A stretch of DNA of 64,000 nucleotides from Laetmonice hystrix. Its lineage: Eukaryota. Below are positions 38,172-49,635 of this stretch, one piece after another; position 1 is the stretch's first letter, and each line of letters starts with the position of its first letter. Location of the stretch: the NCBI GenBank assembly GCA_965235115.1, contig OZ249436.1:37574001-37638000 (forward strand). The letters run 5' to 3'. The notes below the pieces were generated by a model. That model was given only the letters and a program-made list of their open reading frames with translations, was not told the DNA's origin and made no database searches. The position numbers were made by a program, and so were the translations under genes.

Positions 38172-40514
38172 CTATATTGACTGAGTGTGGAAAACGAAAG
38201 ATGGACCTGGATCTGGACTTCTGTATCCGAACTCATTTATGACGCCTGCATGTATCAAATTTTCTTTGTCGTCACCATCATCTACCGACATCCCGACGGT
38301 GCCACAAGAGTTTTCCTCGGGGGAGAATCCATCCCGACTCATTATGTATCCCTCGAAAACAACCGACTCATTATGTTCCCCAGGTGTACCCAGTTTGTTT
38401 ACAGGGAGACAGTACAAGAGTTGGTCCCAGAAAACCTTCGACTCTCTTTCTACATAGGTGAAACGCCGAAGATAATTTTGTATGGTGTTGTCAAGGTTAC
38501 TCATGTCAAGATTGGTGTCCTTGATGATCACCAGGCGGTGCGTACCATCCTCCATATCTGTGTTTAAGGCGACGGCAAATTCCCAGATACAAAAATAGCT
38601 GGTATTGAATGAATCCGACAGAAACACCAGAGTACGTTTACTTTTCTGCACAGCTTGTTCAATATTATCCATTATTGGGGTACCGGGCATGAAGTGTTGC
38701 CGATGGAAACACACCTTGAACGCGAGGGATCGAAGTTTTGGGATGAGATAATCCTCTATGTATGCTTCATCTTCAGTCGCATAAGACACGAAGACGTCGT
38801 ATTTCTTATCTTCACCCTGACACTCGTCCCAGTCGAGTGGATGCCATTTTAACATTTTATATATCCAAATCCTTTTCATATATAACATAAATATGGGGAG
38901 CATCAACAGAATAATACAGAGGATTAAAGTTCCACTGACTGTAATTACTATTGTTCGTGTCTTTTCATTAGCTGGTTCTCCACATATCAATTTGTCGTCT
39001 TCTAATGAGAGCAGGCTGCTTCCTTTGAGCCTTTCCGGATATGCGCACATGATGGTCTTCCAATCTTTGACGACAGCTTGGTGATTGACGAGCCAATGTT
39101 TTGTTTTCAGAGCATGACAATCACATATCCATGGATTACTATGAAGTGATATTTCTGTCAGTGACACCAAGCCGAAAGAAAAATTTAAATCAGCAATCGG
39201 CAAACGTTGGAAAGAATTATGATCTAGGAAAAGATACTTCAAATTTGTTAAATTCTGCATCGTTTCCCAACCCAAGTCACTTATTTTGTTGTGACTGAGC
39301 GACAATGTTTCTACGAACTCCAAATATGGTCGATATTCAATGGTTGTTAAGTTATTGTTTTGAAGGAAGAGATGGTAGCGGTAATTGTTCCGTGGTCTTG
39401 GCGGCAGAGCCCGTGGTAAGTCTTTCATACCGATATCTGGACAATTGACAGTCATGTTAAGCCAAACGGATGTATCTATACACTTACATCCGGTCGGGCA
39501 CTGATCCTCCACCGTACAGGTGAACGCAGAAACTGGGATATCTCCGAGGTCGTTATTGTTTAGTATCTCAGAGGGAGAGCATTGGAGTCCCCGAGTCTTA
39601 TAAACCTCATCATAGAGGAGAAGAAGATTATCAGTGTCCATAGGCTCCTCACATATGCAAGTAAATGGATTTTCCGTTATGTCTACTTTCTTGCTTAAGA
39701 GGATAGCCAATGCGGTAACAAAAGTAAGATTCCATCCCTGTAGGATGTCCGAGATGTGGGAAATGTTGTTGTGAGTTGCACTGAATGCACCAGTCCATTG
39801 ACTTGAAAATCCCGTACCACTGGGAAATATCCAACCAGGCCGGTTTGTGAATACTGAAATATAGTTGTAGTCGAAATTCATTGTCATTTGGCGCCCAGGA
39901 AACATTAAAATCCATGGGTCAAGGCTGATTAACCGATTTCCAGATAGGTCTAAAAAATTGAAATGTGGTAGCTTGCTAATGTTGCTGAATACGTCCTCTT
40001 CAATTTCAGTTATTTTATTAAAACTGAAATCCAGGGATATAATGTTTTTGAAACCATAGAAGATCCCGTTTTTTAGTATGGTAAATTCATTATTGGAGAC
40101 GAAGAGCACCCTTATATCAATATTCCAGAGATCCACCCAAGGAAGCTCCAGAAGATTGTTGTAGGATAAATCCAGTACCTGGAGATATTTTAGATTGCGG
40201 AGGCTCTGAATCACTTCGACGGGCAACACGGACAAGTGTGAGCTTTTAACACCAATGGCACTTATATTTTTGTTGATATGCAGCAGAGAACTCATATTGT
40301 GTGCGGGATCCCTGACGCAATCTGTAATCCATAACCATCGCAGGCCATAAACAACTTCCAAAGTACAGTTGCAGTAACTGATACAGGACGTTTTTAAATG
40401 TATATTATGTTTTATTGAAAGAATTGCCGTAGCGCCCCTGTATTGGTGGTCTTCCGTATCAAAGAAAACACTGAGGACAAAGATCAGAAGTGGCGAAACT
40501 CGGCGGGCCAGCAT
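38172..40514 (-). CDS. TLR: Toll-like receptor, multiple-cysteine-cluster (protostome) type, 780 aa, single coding exon
   Basis: Signal peptide; LRRs (LQVLDLSYNNL, LDFSFNKITEI, LDLSGNRL); internal LRR-CT NPFTCIC plus LRR-NT CPTGCKC; second LRR block; LRR-CT NPWICDC; TM helix; TIR domain with YDVFVSY, BB-loop HFMPG and FW box. Confidence 0.97.
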   Translation of the reverse strand: MLARRVSPLLIFVLSVFFDTEDHQYRGATAILSIKHNIHLKTSCISYCNCTLEVVYGLRWLWITDCVRDPAHNMSSLLHINKNISAIGVKSSHLSVLPVEVIQSLRNLKYLQVLDLSYNNLLELPWVDLWNIDIRVLFVSNNEFTILKNGIFYGFKNIISLDFSFNKITEIEEDVFSNISKLPHFNFLDLSGNRLISLDPWILMFPGRQMTMNFDYNYISVFTNRPGWIFPSGTGFSSQWTGAFSATHNNISHISDILQGWNLTFVTALAILLSKKVDITENPFTCICEEPMDTDNLLLLYDEVYKTRGLQCSPSEILNNNDLGDIPVSAFTCTVEDQCPTGCKCIDTSVWLNMTVNCPDIGMKDLPRALPPRPRNNYRYHLFLQNNNLTTIEYRPYLEFVETLSLSHNKISDLGWETMQNLTNLKYLFLDHNSFQRLPIADLNFSFGLVSLTEISLHSNPWICDCHALKTKHWLVNHQAVVKDWKTIMCAYPERLKGSSLLSLEDDKLICGEPANEKTRTIVITVSGTLILCIILLMLPIFMLYMKRIWIYKMLKWHPLDWDECQGEDKKYDVFVSYATEDEAYIEDYLIPKLRSLAFKVCFHRQHFMPGTPIMDNIEQAVQKSKRTLVFLSDSFNTSYFCIWEFAVALNTDMEDGTHRLVIIKDTNLDMSNLDNTIQNYLRRFTYVERESKVFWDQLLYCLPVNKLGTPGEHNESVVFEGYIMSRDGFSPEENSCGTVGMSVDDGDDKENLIHAGVINEFGYRSPDPGPSFVFHTQSI

Positions 40515-41417
40515 GATGTTTACGATTTCAGCCCACTCTGAAACATATTACATGTTGTGTTTGAGTAACGGTTGAAATGCTTCATCACCAACACCACTAC
40601 AACAACCACCACAACCACCAAATAATAATAAAGTTTCGTCTGTCTCCAACTGCGTCAAGTTTTTAGCCCCCAACCGGAACCCAGATTAAATTTAAGTGTT
40701 CAAGATAACTACATTCTGTTATAAACGAAGGTTAGGAAATTATATTATTTTTTGGTTGTCACTATTTCCCTTTACCTTGTGAGGTCCATCAAGGTCGAGG
40801 ACATTTTTTCAACGTTTCATATCTAGAAAACACTTCAAGATGACCACTTTACTACAAAGAGATATATAAAGTTTTATTATTTTAAATACGAAGTACACAT
40901 ACACCCTGACAAATTTATATTCTCTCTATCCGGCCAGTTGAGGGATGTGGCTCCGAGGGGTCTTTTATTGATTATAAACTAATTAAAGGTGACGAAAAAG
41001 TTCAAATTATCAATATAAGGGTGTTCAGCATGAACAAGCTTGTTCATACCTACAATACTGTGATGGTCTGATCTTTAATAAAGGAATAATCAACTGAAAT
41101 GTAGCTAGGCATTCTCCCGCTGGCTTCGTCTGCTTGTCAACCCTACTTGTCCACGAATTGTTATGTGGCCGCCAGGCGGAACGAACCACGCAGATTCCCA
41201 GCCAGAGTGCCGCTATTCAAGTACCGCCGCGATTCCACTTTTACCAGAAACATGCCCATGATGGCGACAGATTCATTGGCGATTTCAGAGAGGGTTGCAA
41301 ACGATAGCCGCACACAAACTCTGTATTCGTTAACATGCCCCAATAAGGGTGTGAAGAGAGAGAAAAAAGTTGTCTGCTGTCACCGGTAAGAGTACACAGT
41401 CAGTAATGCAGTCGTAG

Positions 41418-41455
41418 TGAGTGAGTGAGTGAGTGAGTGAGTGAGTGAGTGAGTG
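41418..41455. repeat. (GTGA)n microsatellite
   Basis: Direct reading. Confidence 0.95.
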
Positions 41456-42839
41456 TCCGATGAAGCCAGTGACGGCGTAACGCGTGTGAAAATAGCGCAT
41501 GACCCATACGGTATTTTTAAAAGTCGCCTTATAGACAGTGTTCCACTTATCGGCGCGACCTTGGACACTTCAAAGGTACGTTAGTGAGGAACTTTGCCTG
41601 CCTCTTTAAGTAAAAAATATAGGCGGACAGTTTGTTTTCTCAAAATATCATGTTTAGATCCTAATATGAAGTATACAGCCCGTGGGCCGGACATCCTTTC
41701 GGGCGGCCGTTTTTTCCCCCGGCTGTCTGACCAGTGCCCAAATGGTCAGCAGTGCCGTGCCCCATTGAAAGGTTGTGGGGAGCGGGGATTTAACGAATTC
41801 CACTGGGTCACCCTGGGAGTCGGACACGCCACCGACTAGGTCACCAAGGTGGTTCGATGGTTGCCCTCCCTTCTCGTGTTGATATGGCCTTTAAACCTAT
41901 AGCTGCTCTTAAAAGGGATATATATGCTGCCTTGCCGAAGGAATATTCTTTCACACGAATGCTTAGGGTACGAGCTTTGGAAAATTAATTAATTGTCATA
42001 TGACTGCAATAACTAGGATAAAAAAAGTAAATAGGTCTATTTCTTATTTTCTGAGTACTTTATTTGAGACGATATAAAAAATAAAGAAAGAACCAAAAGA
42101 AAGGAATAAAAAATGAAGAAATGAGAGAGAAAAAACATAACGAGGATCATTCCAAATTTTCTCGGATTTTCAATCAAATATCCTAACTAACTGAGCTATA
42201 CAGGTCGGTTCAAAAATTTGTTCTATCGGCAAAACACAATTAATATTAAAATAAACGTTATAAAATAATAAATGAAATAAAAATCAACCGAGGATCAATC
42301 CCGATACTTACCAATAAGCTTTCCACTACGGTATAGTGGATGTTCCATAGGGCATGGAGCTTCATGAAAGTATTTATTTAAAGATCCTTGCTCTGCTTGT
42401 GTGTTCATCACCTCGGACGTTTACAAACGTTGGGACTCCAAACATCGTGTAGACAAGGCCTGTGAGCAGAGTAACACGTAATGTTACGCAATAATGCCGT
42501 GGTGTGCAGCATTCGGCTCTGATGAACACCTCCAAAACGTGTTTCATAGCATGCCCCTTTAAAAGTGAAAAACAAGAGTGCTTCAGCAAAATCGAGCAGC
42601 CACGATTCGAGCTAGGTCAGGTCAGGGGTCACTCAAACGGCAGTACCCAATGTGTGACAGAGATTGAAGGAAGGGAACGATCTCTGTCCGGAGAGTGCTG
42701 GAGCCAGTCTCTGCTTGTTGGAATGAAAGACTAGTGTCTAGTAAAACGGCCTTGACCTTGATCCTCGACCTAGATACTGTCAATATAATGGCAGATTCTA
42801 TGCAGCGTGAGCGGGCAATGAGCCGGTGTGCCATGAAAT

Positions 42840-43535
42840 GTTGCAGTCATTGGCTATGAAATACGGCAGTTATGAAATATTGCCACATTGCGCTTCGTAC
42901 TGCAATATTTCATGACTGCAATATTTTATAGGCGGCATTATTCCATAGCTATAGGCTATGAAATATTGCAGTCCGTGGAACATTGCAGCATTTCATGACT
43001 GCAATACATTAGGCAGCATTATATAAAATATTGCAGTCCGTGGAATATTGCAGTAATAGGCTATTTCATGACTGCAACATTTCAGAGGCGGCATTATTCC
43101 ATAGCTATAGGCTATGAAATACTGCTGTCCGTGGAATATTGCAGATTTAATATGTGAAGAGCAAATAAACAACATAAATAATGCTATTTTAATATTTGCT
43201 TAACTCAACAATGAAAACAAATCCGCCATTGGTCTAGGCTTTACCATGTATAGGCCTACTACCACTTAGTCCTACTCCTACTACTATACCCCCACCCCCA
43301 CCCACTAAAAAAGGCGCAATTCTGCAATTTTTAATGGGAAGCATTAGCTACAGGCTATGAAATAATGCAGTCCCTTATTTCATAGTCAGCAATATTTAAT
43401 AGCTACAGTCTATAAAATAATGCAGGCTATGAAATAATGCAATATTTCATAGGCAGCAATATTTCATAACTACAGGCTACGGAATAATGCAGTGACACAA
43501 TGCGGCAATATTTCATAGGCAGTAATATTTCATAG
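42840..43535. repeat. Cluster of atgaaatattgca / tgcaatatttcat motifs in both orientations (foldback-like)
   Basis: Many degenerate copies on both strands. The right part lies within the 680-bp duplication. Confidence 0.7.
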
Positions 43536-43872
43536 TAGGCCTACATCAGATATAATTCCAAGAACGAACGGTTGAGAAGGTTCTCAATACCTCAGTTTGA
43601 AGGACAAACAGTCAGACGTTGTACTGAAATGTTGTCAAGGAGATGTGGTTACGGCGTTACCGACTGATTATGGCAAAACCGTCATCATCCACATGCTGCC
43701 CTGCAAAAAAGGCTACATACAATCGACTGCAGGCGCCTGGCCCCTGCGGGCCCTCTCCAGCCCAGTCTGAGTTATGTATAGCTTTAGAACATAATGGACT
43801 TTTGTATGTGGCAAGCTTGATAACGATTCGTAGCACCTGTAGTGTAAATTACGAGTTGAAATTGAATCTTGT
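43194..43872. repeat. ~680-bp dispersed direct repeat, copy 1
   Basis: Near-identical to 53119-53797, offset 9925. Confidence 0.95.
43591..43704 (+). pseudogene. RecQ-like SF2 helicase N-terminal relic
   Basis: This frame reads LSLKDKQSDVVLKCCQGDVVTALPTDYGKTVIIHMLPC (Q-motif plus degenerate motif I, LPTGxGKS/T). Stops bound it on both sides; it is not in the ORF track. Confidence 0.65.
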
Positions 43873-45249
43873 GTAAATGATGCGGGCGTTATCACTCGAC
43901 TTTATCATATTGTAATTCATTGTAATTATCCACTGAATAGGCCTACATAAACAGAAATTGCTATAACATAACATATAACATGAAAAGCAAGCTGCCATTC
44001 GTGTGGACTGACCAGTCACACCACAACATGGCATCAGTGCCATCAGCCTCAGGCAAATAAAGGCCCTTCACATCAATGTTTAGAAGATGAACGACTGGTC
44101 GAGGAGGGTTGGAAATATCCGTGACTTGCCTACTAGGCCGGGTGATCAGGGCTCAGATAACTAGGTCCATCCATAATATAGTCAGGGTCCGTTTGCTTCT
44201 TTTTACATGGCCTACGTAGTAAGCCTCAGCCAGTGAGGCTTACGACCACTCAATGTTAAAAATTGGTGTGTCACGGACACCTCCAAATTAGCCTCTAACA
44301 TAGGCCGTGTGTATACACGGCCTATCCTCTAGCGAACGGGCTACGAGACCAAACGTTCAACCCGCAAAATGAATGTGTGCCATCACCTCTTCCATCACTT
44401 CAAATAAAAGATTGCCTTTACCTTCAGCTACTGAGCCCAATGAAGTTACTTGGTGTTCCTCTAAGCAACAGATTCGGCCAATTTTCCAAACCAAGCGACC
44501 ACTTTTCATAGTCTTACAACCGGCGCCATTTCTGTAAATCCACATCCGGGGTCAAGCTCACGAAGGGAGCAGTCATTTCAAACGTTGGCTATTAGTTTGG
44601 CGCCATAATGGAGGAATTGCTGTTTGGTCTAGAATAATGAATGTTCCCTTGCTGGTCGCCAGTGTGCGTGTTTTGAACATGCGCAGTAGAACAAACAGTA
44701 TGGCGGCTAACGGCGGTGAACCAGCGCGATTCGCAATTTCGGAAGTCTGATTTATTAAAACTTTGGGCAAAAATCCTCGGAAAAGTGTGCAGCATAGGAA
44801 CAGAAGATGGGCTGCGTTAGAATTGACACCTCAACTGGCAGTAGTTACGATGGATTTTGCACAGCGAGTGATTGACATGGGAGGTAGGGTTTTTCGCGTT
44901 AACGCTGTCCGTCCCTACACTGGGGACGATACTCCGTCTACTCCAAATCAGTCCAATTCATGTACCGATCAACTCGCCGGCATCCATTTGTCACAGGCGG
45001 AGTCTTCTTTGAGTGGTCTTTTTAATGATAAAACATCAGATTCAGAAGTGTTGTACAGCTCGGTCGTGCTATGGCTTCCATTGCCTGTTGATGTCCCAGC
45101 ATGCATCTCTCTGACCTCGCAAGGTCCCCTGCTCTACCATCCTCCCCCGCTCGGGGTTGAACCGCTTGCACTTGCAGTTGATTCATCCCCCTCCCGCCTG
45201 CCCGTCTATTCTTAGAAACGCGTTCCTCGCAGCGCCACCTGTTTCCCCC

Positions 45250-45853
45250 CATTCGGGACTCCCTCGGGCATATGACGTCACTTCCTGCTATTCGAATATA
45301 CCCTCGGGTGGAATAGCGGCCATGTTTGGCAACCAGATACACCGCCAAATGGAGGTGTGTAGCGAGGCACTGAGTGAACCGTCATATCCCATCGAGCCAG
45401 GAAGTAGTGCATTATTGACACCCGCTCCTTCGGCGTTGTATGTGCAAATATAAATTTCTGGTATGAAGGGGAACGTTTGAAGAAGAAAAATGAATCACCC
45501 AATTTACCTAAATGGGCGTCAATACGGTAATTTATTAAATTCTGGGAAGCAATATGGCCGCGCCCATGTACGACACGCGTACGACACTGGCCCGACACAT
45601 GGTAGGACTACTTGTAATCATGTTGTAATTTAAGTTGTATCATGACATGATACTATTGTAATATTGACCACTGACTTCGGGGAAAGCATTGTAGGCCTAT
45701 TTTAGTTGCTTCCATGCCTGATGCAGACAAAATACTGCAAGCACTGCCATGCTGTCGAGAGTCCCGGCTAAATGTACCCGAGATGCAATGCTCAAAATGG
45801 CACCTGTTTCACCCGAGGCTACTTTCGAAGATATGGCCGAGGATTCCCGAATG
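45250..45853 (+). repeat. ~600-bp interspersed repeat, inverted relative to 54187-54770
   Basis: gtagcgaggcactgagtgaaccgtcatatcccatcgagccaggaag and ttcgaagatatggccgaggattcccgaatg both occur reverse-complemented at 54.2-54.7 kb. Confidence 0.85.
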
Positions 45854-46090
45854 GTTTCCCCCTTGCTGCCGTCTGCGGCCGCGCCATGAGATTGGAGCAC
45901 TGCCTGTGGCGCGATTAATAAAAATTAGAGTGCATTTCTGGTTAGCCAATGGGAACGTTCCCACGGTTGTCGAAGCAATGGCGAAGCCAACGATAGCAGA
46001 GCAGCAACGGGTAGGCATTTAATCCTGACACTATAGTGACAGTGAGAGGAACAACTTTGAGTTGACAGGGCTGCAAGGACACACACTATA

Positions 46091-49000
46091 TAGTCGGGGA
46101 TCCAGACACCCAAAATTTGAGAGGACCTGACATGGCTTGCTATACTTTTTGTTTGTGTTTTTTCTATTAAATTGGTCATTAAGGTCCACTGAATGAGAGG
46201 TCTGCTCTGCTGGAAACCTTGCGAAAAAAAATTGTGGCCATTTTTGTATATGCGCCCTTTGTTTTTTTAGCGAAAAATGTGAAATATGTATTTTTTATTA
46301 GAATCTATGGTGGGTTGTGCAGGCTGTCAATAAATGCATCCCAGATACAGAGAACACATGTGTTGACAACATTAAGTTCAGAAATTCACTTACAAAACCT
46401 TTCCAAATGATTTAGCATCATTTTTGTGCAAAAGCGCCCCTGATTTTTTGGCATTTTTTCATTATCTTCATCTTTACTTCATTATTAATCAAATATAAAC
46501 CCTAAGTTATGACATAAGGCAATGTGTTATTCTTTTCAGCAAACATTATAGTCATTCCACAGTAAACATTTTGAAAATCAAACCAAAATCAGTGGATCTG
46601 TGGCGATTTCATTAACCCTACCCCCCAAACTGCAAATTGTGTCCGAGACATCAATGTATTTGATTTGACTACTATTTCGTTTTATAGGCTATTAACAGAG
46701 GCATCCTTGGAGCTTCCAGTTATTTTCTACTTAATTTCCAGATGTTTCAGGTTAAAGACAGGGACCAAAAGACTTACTATTACCCTTACTCCCAGAGATT
46801 CCACGTATATTTATATCAATTTAGCATCATGCAAAGGCGGATCCAGAAGGGGGCACAGGCCTTTAGCTTCACTAATTAGGCCTATACACGGCTATAGCCT
46901 ACTTATTTTGAATTAATTTTAACACTGACGGTGTACCGCAGGGAAACCCCGAGCTATTATGTAGGCCTATACCTCTAAAACTCTAATTCAAGAGCATGAG
47001 CTTTAATTAGTAATGCAAACAATCATGAATTGTTTTTCTGTGCCCCCCTTTAGTGAAATCCTGGATCCGCCAGTGTCATGGTATGTCCATCTTATTAAAC
47101 ATCCTGGCCAAGGCATCTTTTTATTTTTAACAGAACTCCATGCTCCCAAAGAAAATACAAGTAACACAAGAAATGCAAAACAACAAAATGAATTCATAAT
47201 TTCAAAATGTACACAAGATAACAAGCAAACAAAACAATCGTAACACAGCTGGTATATTTGGATAGATTAGTGACCAGGGTCAATAAAAGATAAAATTGTA
47301 CTTTATTTGAACAAAATAACTGAACATAACAAAATAGAAAATTACTTGGCAACAACGTCTGTAATATCACATGAAATTAACATTGCACTGAACAAAATAA
47401 CTTATGGACTGTAATGTGTAATGCATGATAGCATACATAATACTGTAACATTAAAATATAATACTGCAGCAGTAAATCATAATTATATATATAAATAATG
47501 TCCCCAGTCCTAATTAAATTGGCAAGCCAACTGGGCAAGCCAGATCCTTATCTACCTTACCACTATATATGATTGCAACATCTCGAATCCTACAGAACAA
47601 ACACAGGAGTTTATCATAAAGATAGGTAAGGTGGGGCAATATGAGCACCTTAACAATTTTGACCTGGTAAAACTGCTGGTACTGCCCAATGCATTCATGT
47701 AGTATTTCATCATCAAGAGTCTAGTATAGGCTGTATTTCTGACATAAAATAACTGTAAGGTCCTATTAAAAAATTAAGTAAATCACAATAAACAATTTAA
47801 TCAAATATGCTCATATTCCCCGTCCTGATGGGTAATATGAGCACATGCTCATATTACCCCAAAATGGCAAAAATAGATATCGAAATGGTATGTTAGCAAA
47901 CTTATTAAAAAAGATGACGTCAAAGTTATCGTCTAGGCTACAGCTGTTATCATTCCCAAGTCCAAATGTGGTCGGTAAATGACGTTTGGTTACCAATATT
48001 TAAAATGTCAAGAAATAATCCTATATTAACATATGCTCATATTACCCCCAGTCGTGCTACTATGCCAATAAATGAAAATATTATTGTTTAATTATCAAGA
48101 AATTACACACATCAATATTTCATGGGATCATTAATTTTATTAATAAAATATGATCCAGAGGTGTTTTAGAGGGGACCGGGGGCTCGGCCCCCCTTGGTAC
48201 AAATTCTGGATTTTTATGGTGGATTGCAGGCCCTTCATTATGGGAATCCCTATGCTCATAATGCCCCATCCTAGGTGTGCTTATATTCCCCGCACATGTA
48301 TTCGTCGTGTTTCTCCCAAGGTCTGACATTATGCAATGTCTCGTGCCCTGCTATCGTTTATTTAACGCTGACAAGAGACATCGAATTGCCAATAAAATAT
48401 GAAGTTGTGTCTACCAGGGTAGTCTTGCGAAGGCACCAGAACATGAAACATATGTGTAAAATGTTAAGAAAATGGGGCTTAAAATTTAATCTTCTCTTTT
48501 CTTCAAACTGTGCCACCGAGGGCTACGAAATTTTCGTATGCTATCGGCCTTAGTTAGTGCTGCAAAAAAAAACACCAGGGGGCCCTACCCCCTGCGGTTC
48601 TGGGTTTCTGTACTGGAGGGTGCTCATATTCCCCGTGTGCTCATATTACCCCGCTTTACATCTTTTGTTCCCTGCCTTTACCCTGAAACAACCGGTAATT
48701 AAGTAGAAAAAATACTGGAAACTCCAAGGATACCTCTGTAGATCACCTATAAAATGCAATAGAAGCCAAATCAAATACATTAAAAAATGTTGACGTTTCA
48801 GCCACAATTTGCAGTATGGGGGTAGGGTTAATAAAATCATTACAGGTCCATTGATTTTGGTTCGATTTTCATAATGTTTACTGTGGAATGACTATAATGT
48901 TTGTTGAAAAGAATGGCACATTGCCTCATGCCATAACTTAGGGCGTAGTTGATTAATGATGAAGTAAAGATGAAGATAATGAATAAAATGCACAAAAATC

Positions 49001-49361
49001 AGGGGCGCTTTTGCATAAAAATGGTGCTCAATCATTTGGAAAAGTTTTGTAAGTGTATTTTTTAACTTGATGTTGTCAACACATGTGTTCTGTGTATCTG
49101 GGATGTATTTATTGACAGCCTACACAACCCACTGAGGATTTTTAGGAAAAATACATTTTTCACATTTTTCGCTAAAAAAACAAAGGGCGCATATACAAAA
49201 ATGGCCACAATTTTTTTTCGCAAGGTTTCCGGCAGAGCAGACCTTTCATTCAGTGGACCTTAATGCCCAAATTAATAGAAAAAACACAAACAAAAAGTAT
49301 AGCAGGCCATGTCAGGTCCAACCCATTTTATTGAGGTTTTGGGCCTGTGGATCCCCGACTA
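46091..49361. mobile_element. Academ-like non-autonomous transposon with ~680-bp TIRs
   Basis: ata|TAGTCGGGGATCCA ... TGGATCCCCGACTA|ata: TAG/CTA termini and a 3-bp TSD (ATA). Inverted arms at about 46091-46772 and 48661-49361. Confidence 0.8.
47626..48659. mobile_element. Nested TIR element (pogo-like) with repeated gctcatattaccc motifs
   Basis: gtaaggtggggcaatatgagcac / gtgctcatattaccccgctttac inverted ends. The motif recurs internally, including a palindrome at about 47830-47860. Confidence 0.6.
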
Positions 49362-49635
49362 ATAACTAACTGTATTGTTAGAGAGCGACACATTTGTTTA
49401 TCAGCGACCGGGGCAAGGCTATCAGGCATTTTTGCGAGAAGTAAGCCTTCGGTGGGACCGTTAGTGCAGGTGGAGCGCCGATGACAGGTCCTATTAATAT
49501 TCATAAGGTTGACCTCAGGGTCAACTTCTGCCCAGTTAGCATGGGCTGCGCTCAAGGGGTAGAATGCAGGATGCGCGATGCCCCTTGACAACTCGAGATG
49601 CTGCTCTACGTATGTCGTAACATAGCGGACGCGTC

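Noticed and set aside
38185..39298. Plus-strand ORFs overlapping the TLR
   Set aside because: Antisense shadows of the TLR CDS with no recognisable motifs.
44700..45215. 150-aa ORF and upstream MAANGGEPARFA frame as a Crypton/DUF3504-type gene
   Set aside because: Only a faint N-terminal resemblance, with an in-frame stop and no recombinase motifs.
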